A stretch of 64,000 nt of DNA from Acidobacteriota bacterium (lineage in GTDB: Bacteria; Bacteroidota; Ignavibacteria; UBA10030; UBA8401): positions 7,855 to 71,854 of the forward strand of contig JBLMZA010000046.1 of the NCBI GenBank assembly GCA_050258555.1. Reading direction: 5' to 3'. Below the pieces are notes generated by a model that was not told where the DNA came from, did no database searches, and worked only from the letters and a program-made list of their open reading frames with translations. Below are positions 57,887-64,000 of the stretch, in pieces; within the stretch, counting starts at the first letter, position 1, and each line of letters starts with the position of its first letter. The translations under genes and the position numbers were made by a program.

Positions 57887-58866
57887 GATCACGCCTCTTC
57901 GTGTCCGGGCTGGCAGCGATCCTCGCCCTGCTGGTATTGTCGTGTGAAGAGCCCTTCACGCCGAAAGCGCCATTTGTGCCCCGCCCGGTTGTCATATGCA
58001 TTATTTCCGCCACTGAGCATAACGGCGTCTACCTCATGCCGGTGAGCGCGACAGTGGCACGAACGTACGACGTTGCCGGGCTTGACCCGATGGCCAACAC
58101 GACCGATCCGTTTGATACGGCTGCAGTGGTGAGTGTCACGGTGGGCAACGTGAATGACCAGCTGAGACTGTTCAAGCTGCCGCGCGCCGATGCAGGCCGC
58201 TACACGACAAAGGAATTCCGGTTTCAGGACCATGGCCTTTTCCATATGTATGGTGTGTATACGCTTTCCGTCACGACCGGAAAGGGAGAGCAGCTACGGG
58301 CGACAACAACGGTGCCGCCGCGCCGGATGATTGGAACAAGCTATCAGTTCCCCGCGGGCGTGACGCCGATAACAACCAATCCGCATTGGACATTCGACTG
58401 GAATGATGAACAGAGAAACGATCATCTGTATTTTCCGAAGCTGTTGTTGCAGTACCAGGTCATCACGCCTGAATCTACCGTGGATAAAAAATTGGAAATT
58501 CCCCTCACCTATGTTGAAAAGGACGGCAAAAAAGTGCCGGTGTATCCATCTTTCACACGCGATTTATCGGTCACATACGACTTTTCGGCGATGGCAACGG
58601 CGATCGAGTCAATCGCCGAGGTGGATACGGTCAAGAGCCATTATAAAATCGGGTGGCTGTATTTCCAGCTCATCGAATACGACACCAATCTTTCGAATTT
58701 CTACGCATCCTCGCACGGATATCTGGACGCTTATTCCATACGCGTCGATGAATCGACATATACCAATGTCACCGGCGGAGTGGGCGTCTTCGGCTCTTCA
58801 TTCTTCAACAACATTTTCTTCGAAATGAAACTTCAATATATCCGCTCGTTAGGATATCGGATGTAA
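57883..58866 (+). CDS. Lipoprotein, DUF4249-like, the usual companion of CarbopepD-TonB receptors.
   Basis: The lipobox is LLVLSC. It is about 300 aa and overlaps the receptor gene by 4 nt. The assignment rests on context and size, not on a firm motif. Confidence 0.4.
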   Translation: MRSRLFVSGLAAILALLVLSCEEPFTPKAPFVPRPVVICIISATEHNGVYLMPVSATVARTYDVAGLDPMANTTDPFDTAAVVSVTVGNVNDQLRLFKLPRADAGRYTTKEFRFQDHGLFHMYGVYTLSVTTGKGEQLRATTTVPPRRMIGTSYQFPAGVTPITTNPHWTFDWNDEQRNDHLYFPKLLLQYQVITPESTVDKKLEIPLTYVEKDGKKVPVYPSFTRDLSVTYDFSAMATAIESIAEVDTVKSHYKIGWLYFQLIEYDTNLSNFYASSHGYLDAYSIRVDESTYTNVTGGVGVFGSSFFNNIFFEMKLQYIRSLGYRM

Positions 58867-58972
58867 CGTTCTGTATATACTCTCGGCGGCCGTGCTTTGC
58901 TTTTCGGCTGCCGGGAATATATATTGCCAGAGAGATGAGGAAGGCATTCATTCACATCGGAGAGCATCCGTG

Positions 58973-60304
58973 ATGAAAAGCAAGCGAAAGAAAATCTTCG
59001 TCCTCGACACCAACGTCATTCTGCACGACAGTTCCTGCATCTATCAGTTCGAAGAGAACGACATCGTCATACCCGTCACCGTGCTGGAAGAGCTCGATCA
59101 CTTCAAAAAAGGCAAAGAGGAGCGCAACTATCACGCGAGGGAATTCACGCGCGCGCTCGATCTGCTCACTGGCGACTCCCTCTTCACGGCAGGCATACAG
59201 ATCGGCGCGGGACTCGGCAAGATCAGCATCAGGCTTGAAAGCGAATTTCACGCCGATCTCAGGCTCAACTTCTCCCCCGACAAACCCGATCATCATATCC
59301 TCAACATCGCCTACCGGATCTGCAAGGAACAGAAGTCGAAGCAGGTCATCCTCGTGTCGAAGGACGTCAATTTACGCATGAAGGCGAAGTCCGTCGGCCT
59401 GACGGCGCAGGATTACCGGAGCGATCAGGTGAAGGACATCACGTCGCTCTACACCGGACATTCGATCATCGAAGACGTGCCGCCGGCCGTCATCGACCGC
59501 ATCCATCATGCGCCGTTTGAAATCGATCCCTCCCTCCTTGCGTCCGATGCTCCTCTCCTGGCAAATCAGTATTTCATCCTGCGCAACCGGCAGCAGTCCG
59601 TGCTTGCCGCATTCAATGCGGCGCGGAAAAAGATCGTCCGCGTCGAAAAGCCGACGGCCTACGGCATCGCGCCCCGAAACGCCGAGCAGATCTTCGCCCT
59701 GCACGCGCTGATGAACAACGACATCCAGCTCATCAGCATTTCCGGAAAGGCCGGAACGGGCAAGACGCTCCTTGCGCTGGCGGCGGGACTGGAGCGGCGG
59801 AAGTTCTTCCGGCAGATCTTCGTGGCCCGGCCGATCGTTCCCCTGAGCAACAAGGATATCGGCTATCTGCCCGGCGACGTCCAGTCGAAGCTCAACCCGT
59901 ACATGCAGCCGCTCTTCGACAATCTGGGCGTGATACAGCATCAGTACACAGAGATCGATGCGAAGGCGCCGACGGTGAATAAATTCATCGAGGAGGAAAA
60001 GCTGGTGGTCGAGCCGCTCACATACATCCGCGGCCGAAGCCTTGTGAAGGTGTTCTTTATCGTGGACGAGGCGCAGAACCTGACGCCCCATGAAGTGAAG
60101 ACGATCATCACGCGCGCAGGCGAAGGAACGAAGGTCGTGTTCACCGGCGACATTTTCCAGATCGATCATCCGTATCTTGACAGCTCATCGAACGGCATGA
60201 GCTATCTCATCGAGAAGATGAAGGGCCAGTCGCTCTACGCCCACATCACGCTTGAAAAGGGCGAACGCTCGAAGCTCGCCGAGCTCGCAAGCAATCTGCT
60301 GTAG
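58973..60304 (+). CDS. phoH2: PhoH2-type protein: N-terminal PIN domain fused to a PhoH-like ATPase.
   Basis: The PIN part reads IFVLDTNVILHD...VIPVTVLEELD. The PhoH P-loop is ISGKAGTGKTLLALAAG and the Walker B is FFIVDEAQNLT. Confidence 0.85.
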   Translation: MKSKRKKIFVLDTNVILHDSSCIYQFEENDIVIPVTVLEELDHFKKGKEERNYHAREFTRALDLLTGDSLFTAGIQIGAGLGKISIRLESEFHADLRLNFSPDKPDHHILNIAYRICKEQKSKQVILVSKDVNLRMKAKSVGLTAQDYRSDQVKDITSLYTGHSIIEDVPPAVIDRIHHAPFEIDPSLLASDAPLLANQYFILRNRQQSVLAAFNAARKKIVRVEKPTAYGIAPRNAEQIFALHALMNNDIQLISISGKAGTGKTLLALAAGLERRKFFRQIFVARPIVPLSNKDIGYLPGDVQSKLNPYMQPLFDNLGVIQHQYTEIDAKAPTVNKFIEEEKLVVEPLTYIRGRSLVKVFFIVDEAQNLTPHEVKTIITRAGEGTKVVFTGDIFQIDHPYLDSSSNGMSYLIEKMKGQSLYAHITLEKGERSKLAELASNLL

Positions 60305-60328
60305 CCGCCGGACACGCGATGACCGGCT

Positions 60329-61315
60329 TCAGTTGCGGTCGACAAACCTGTAATTGCCTTCGTTGTAGCGGTCGCCGGTATCCGGATAGCGCGCCAGAAG
60401 CGCATCGATCTCCGCCTTGTCCGCCTTGGTGACCGTGATCTCGACCGCCGCGGCATTTTCCAGAAGATACTTCCTCCGCTTCGTGCCGGGAATCGGAATG
60501 ACATGATCGCCCTGCGACAGCACCCAGGCAAGGGCAAGCTGCGACGGCGTGCACGACTTCTTGGCGGCGATCTCTGCAAAGCCCTCGGTCAGCTTCCGGT
60601 TGTTCTCGGCATGCTCCTGCTGATAGCGGGGCAGCGTTTTCCGGAAATCATTCTCCTTGATCGTGCTCACATCGAGCGTGTTCGTCATGAGTCCCCGTGC
60701 CAGCGGACTGAACGGAACGAACGTGATGCCCAGATCCCTGCACTCGGGGATGATATCATTTTCCGGATCGCGCGTGAGAAGCGAGTATTCGCTCTGCAGG
60801 GCGCTGATCGGATGGACCGCGTGGGCTTTCCGGATCGAATTGACGGATGCTTCGGATAATCCGAGATAGCGCACCTTCCCCTGCTCAACCAGCCGGGCCA
60901 TCGCTCCCACCATTTCCTCGACCGGAATTTTCGGATCGATGCGATGGGCATAATACAGATCGATGACATCGGTCTTCAGACGCTTCAGGCTGCGTTCGAC
61001 GGCAGCCTGCAGGTAGGCCGGCGATCCGTCGAAGTCCATTCCCCGTCCGTCAGCCGCGGGATGAAAACCGAATTTCGTGGCGATGAATAGTTTGTCGCGG
61101 TGCGACGTGAGGACGGTCGAGATGAGTTCTTCGTTTTTCCCGTTGCCATACACATCGGCCGTATCCCAGAACGTCATGCCGATCTCGATCGCCTTTTCCA
61201 GCGTGGCGATCGATTCTTCATCGTTGGGCTCGCCGTATGCATGGCTCATTCCCATGCATCCCAGGCCGATGGCCGGCAGCTGTATGCCGGTTGCTGCAAA
61301 TGTCCGATATTTCAT
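60329..61315 (-). CDS. Aldo/keto reductase (AKR, Tas/YhdN-like).
   Basis: IGLGCMGMS, DTADVYGNGKNEELI, ATKFG and YLGLSEAS are AKR signatures. Confidence 0.85.
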   Translation of the reverse strand: MKYRTFAATGIQLPAIGLGCMGMSHAYGEPNDEESIATLEKAIEIGMTFWDTADVYGNGKNEELISTVLTSHRDKLFIATKFGFHPAADGRGMDFDGSPAYLQAAVERSLKRLKTDVIDLYYAHRIDPKIPVEEMVGAMARLVEQGKVRYLGLSEASVNSIRKAHAVHPISALQSEYSLLTRDPENDIIPECRDLGITFVPFSPLARGLMTNTLDVSTIKENDFRKTLPRYQQEHAENNRKLTEGFAEIAAKKSCTPSQLALAWVLSQGDHVIPIPGTKRRKYLLENAAAVEITVTKADKAEIDALLARYPDTGDRYNEGNYRFVDRN

Positions 61316-61385
61316 GACGAATCCTTATGAATGATGACGTGGGCCTTCAATGCACCATTGATGTTCTGTCTTTCAGGCCGCCGCT

Positions 61386-62834
61386 CTATATGGCAGTGAA
61401 CGTTCCCTTGAGCTCCGCATGCACCGGCACCCGGTTGTTCAAATACTTCCTGATCGCGCCCACGATATGCTCGGAATGATCGGAACGATTCCTGCCATAG
61501 TTCGACGGAACACCCTGCACCGTCACATAGGCCGCGTCATAGATGCCGGACGGATTCAACTCTTTGTCTCCGATGAAAATTTTCTGTATGCGCATGCCCG
61601 ATGGATTTTCAATCTTGAAGAAAACCCGGAGACCGAGACATCGCTTGACATACCCTCCCATCTGCCGGTAGGCATCGCAGGAGAACGTGCGCTCAAGATT
61701 TTCCTCAAGCATCGCCCGTATCTCTTCGCCGGTCAGTTCCACCGTGGAGATCACCGGATCCATCGGGATCATGTTGTACAGATCGTTCACCGTAACGGGT
61801 CCCGGAATCACCGGCGCTCCATAGCGCCATCCGTTCGAGAATGCCGCCTGGGCATGCGTTATCTCCCTGATCGACTCGAGCAGCAGATTGTCCATCGTCG
61901 CCTCGAGCATCGTTCCGCGGTTGAGAGCGGTTGCCGTCTCGCCGACGATCTCCGAAAGCTCATCTCTGTACGGCGCAAGCGCCTCGCGCGCCATGGCGGC
62001 GATGTCCGGGTCCGGCGCTATCGCCTCTTCCACTTCGATCAGCGCATGCCGGCAGCCGGCAATCCTTCCTTGTTCCATCTTGAGATCGAGCCGGCCGAGG
62101 AACGATCCGTGGCATCCCGACTGTATGAGAATTGTTTTGCCGGCCAGCATTGGACGTTCCAACCGGTGATGTGTGTGTCCGCTCAGGCAGACGTCGACGC
62201 CCTCCACTTCCGACAGGAGCTTCACGTCCTGCGGAAGTCCCAGATGCGAGATCAGGAGGATAAGATCGGCTTTTTCGCGCGTGCGCAGCGCATCGACGAC
62301 CGGCGGCAGTTCGTCCCGGCCCAGCGTAAAATACATGCCTTCACTGTAGGACGGCGGCATCGTTTTGTCGACGATATTCGACGCGATGCCGGTGATGCCG
62401 ATTCGAAGGCCTCCGATGTCTTTCACGATATACGACGGGAAGACGGGTTTGCCGGTCGCCTTTTCATATACATTCGATGCGAGCATCGGATAGGATAATT
62501 CATGCGTCCGTTGTTGCAGCACCGCGGGACCAAAGCCGAACTCCCAATGTGCGCTCATCGCATCGAACTGAAGCGCATTGAGAATCGGCACAAGGGCGGC
62601 TCCCTTCGTTTTCACGGCGGCATACGTGCCGTGCAGCGTGTCGCCGCAATCGCAGAATACCACGCGGTCCGGCTGTTCCTTCCGGATCTGTCCGACCACC
62701 GCGGCGATCCGAGCATAGCCCCCCGCTTTCCGATAGACCGCCCGGCCGCCTTCCCAGAACAGTTCCTGGTGAAGATCGATGTATGCATGACTATCGTTCA
62801 ATTGAACGATCGTGAGCATTCCGTCTCGCGTCAT
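61386..62834 (-). CDS. Bifunctional metallophosphatase / 5'-nucleotidase family protein (UshA-like), cytoplasmic.
   Basis: The calcineurin-like motifs are [20 protein letters not shown] and LSGHTHH. A 5'-nucleotidase C-terminal domain follows. There is no signal peptide. Confidence 0.7.
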   Translation of the reverse strand: MTRDGMLTIVQLNDSHAYIDLHQELFWEGGRAVYRKAGGYARIAAVVGQIRKEQPDRVVFCDCGDTLHGTYAAVKTKGAALVPILNALQFDAMSAHWEFGFGPAVLQQRTHELSYPMLASNVYEKATGKPVFPSYIVKDIGGLRIGITGIASNIVDKTMPPSYSEGMYFTLGRDELPPVVDALRTREKADLILLISHLGLPQDVKLLSEVEGVDVCLSGHTHHRLERPMLAGKTILIQSGCHGSFLGRLDLKMEQGRIAGCRHALIEVEEAIAPDPDIAAMAREALAPYRDELSEIVGETATALNRGTMLEATMDNLLLESIREITHAQAAFSNGWRYGAPVIPGPVTVNDLYNMIPMDPVISTVELTGEEIRAMLEENLERTFSCDAYRQMGGYVKRCLGLRVFFKIENPSGMRIQKIFIGDKELNPSGIYDAAYVTVQGVPSNYGRNRSDHSEHIVGAIRKYLNNRVPVHAELKGTFTAI

Positions 62835-62852
62835 AACGTCCTCCTTTCCCCG

Positions 62853-63776
62853 TTATTTCCGCAATCGCGCCGTGAGCGCGGGCACGAACTCCATGACGTC
62901 GGCCACCACGAACACATCGGCCACGTCGCCGATGGGCGCATCCTTGTCCTTGTTGATGGCGGCGATGAAGTTCGAGCGCTTCATGCCTGCCAGATGCTGT
63001 ATGGCGCCCGAGATGCCGCAGGCGACATAGAGCTTCGGACTCACGATCTGTCCGGTTGAACCGACCTGGTGGCTGTAGGGGAGCCATCCCGCATCGACGA
63101 TGGGACGCGTGGCGCCGAGCTTTCCGCCGAGGGCCCCTGCCAGCGCTTCAATAACGGAAATATTTTCCTTCTTTCCAATGCCGCGCCCGACGCTTACGAT
63201 CACATCGGCCCGTGCAAGGTCGAGATCCTTCGCCTGCCCGGCTTCGTATCCGGCAAATTCCTCCGCCGATTTTTCTATCGGCGCCTCAGGCAGCGCAAGG
63301 CGTTCGATGGTCGGCGCGCCCTGTACGGCTGCGCCGGTAAAGGCTCCGGCCTGTATGGTCAGCACCGCTCCTTCCGTTGTCGGGCGCACTCTGCGCCGCA
63401 TCTTTGCATTGAAGCACGGCACCTCATAGGCGCCGTCGGCGGCGGCGACGATGTCGGTAATGAGCGCCCATTTGAGCGATGCGGCAACGCGCGGCGCCAT
63501 ATCCCACCCGTATGCGCTGTGAGAAAAAACGATCGTATCGGCGCCCGCCCTTCTCGCCGCCTCCGCGATCAGACGCCCATGTCCATCGGGATCGTACTCA
63601 CTGGCGCCATCGGCATCCGGCACATAGACCGTGCCGCCGAATTGCAAAAGCTCACCGCCTCCGCCCGGCGCACACCACGAGGCCGATGCATGGAGATGCG
63701 CGGCAAAAGCCGCGAGTTCGGAGGCGGTGTCAGGTAGGAGACCCTGGCGATACTCGCACACAAGCAGCATGGTCAT
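62853..63776 (-). CDS. etfA: Electron transfer flavoprotein alpha subunit.
   Basis: The FAD-binding C-terminal block is [34 protein letters not shown]. Confidence 0.85.
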   Translation of the reverse strand: MTMLLVCEYRQGLLPDTASELAAFAAHLHASASWCAPGGGGELLQFGGTVYVPDADGASEYDPDGHGRLIAEAARRAGADTIVFSHSAYGWDMAPRVAASLKWALITDIVAAADGAYEVPCFNAKMRRRVRPTTEGAVLTIQAGAFTGAAVQGAPTIERLALPEAPIEKSAEEFAGYEAGQAKDLDLARADVIVSVGRGIGKKENISVIEALAGALGGKLGATRPIVDAGWLPYSHQVGSTGQIVSPKLYVACGISGAIQHLAGMKRSNFIAAINKDKDAPIGDVADVFVVADVMEFVPALTARLRK

Positions 63777-63794
63777 GATGGTTCGCTCCGTCTT

Positions 63795-64000
63795 TTATGA
63801 TCGCAGTATTTTTTCTTTCAGCATCGCCGCCAATTGATCGGCCATGGTGCCGATATCGCCTTCAAGCACGAGCGTGCCGCTCTTTTTTTCCGGACGATAG
63901 AATGCCTCGGTCACCGTTCTGGCCGGTTCGGACGGAAGCCCGGACACATCGAGCACGCGCAGTTCCTTCTGCTTTGCCTTCATGATATTGGGAAGTGTCG
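63795..64000 (-). CDS. etfB: Electron transfer flavoprotein beta subunit. Partial: the 5' end lies beyond the window end.
   Basis: The C-terminal tail ...LRVLDVSGLPSEPARTV...ADQLAAMLKEKILRS is EtfB-like. The gene order etfB-etfA is standard. The reading frame stays open to the window edge. Confidence 0.65.
   Translation of the reverse strand, partial: TLPNIMKAKQKELRVLDVSGLPSEPARTVTEAFYRPEKKSGTLVLEGDIGTMADQLAAMLKEKILRS

Overview
This is a 64 kb chromosomal segment at about 62% GC. It most likely comes from an FCB-superphylum bacterium (Bacteroidota / Rhodothermaeota / Ignavibacteriae-like); I cannot place the phylum more precisely. The evidence for that placement is a T9SS C-terminal sorting domain on one cargo protein, a BatA-type double-TM/VWA protein, FadL- and PorV-like outer-membrane barrels, carboxypeptidase-regulatory-domain TonB receptors with a DUF4249-like lipoprotein, and a Bacteroidetes-style TTTG-N19-TAnnTTAG promoter in front of tRNA-Leu.

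The gene content is dense and mostly housekeeping: wecB, nagB, purA, purD, guaB, meaB, a GalE-like epimerase, pepP, ispE, dxr, rseP, hflX, phoH2, etfA and etfB. Envelope and signalling loci are interleaved with these. There are two tRNAs, Gln-CTG and Leu-TAG, several rho-independent terminators, no CRISPR array, and no transposase or integrase.

The most interesting loci are:
(i) A tightly packed plus-strand operon directly downstream of dxr-rseP. It encodes a secreted unknown protein, a FecR-domain lipoprotein, a 788 aa outer-membrane beta-barrel, and a CHASE2-sensor class III adenylate/guanylate cyclase, with a PorV/FadL-like barrel convergent to it. This looks like an undescribed trans-envelope signalling module that outputs a cyclic nucleotide instead of an ECF sigma factor.
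(ii) Two tandem DUF11-repeat surface-protein paralogs whose N- and C-termini are conserved. They lie next to a Big-domain outer-membrane protein and a T9SS cargo gene that is fronted by a tandem 15 bp palindromic operator.
(iii) A cluster of three REC-domain proteins: an NtrC-type sigma-54 activator, a CheY-like protein, and a REC-HisKA hybrid with no ATPase domain. No kinase is adjacent.
(iv) A lysine-rich orphan gene at about 50% GC, wedged between a histidine kinase gene and tRNA-Gln.
(v) A TonB receptor - DUF4154 (YfiR-like) - HAMP histidine kinase module.

Minus-strand starts disagree with my line-label counting by +/-1 nt in places (for example wecB and pepP). Coordinates follow the ORF track, and internal start codons were placed by codon arithmetic from it.
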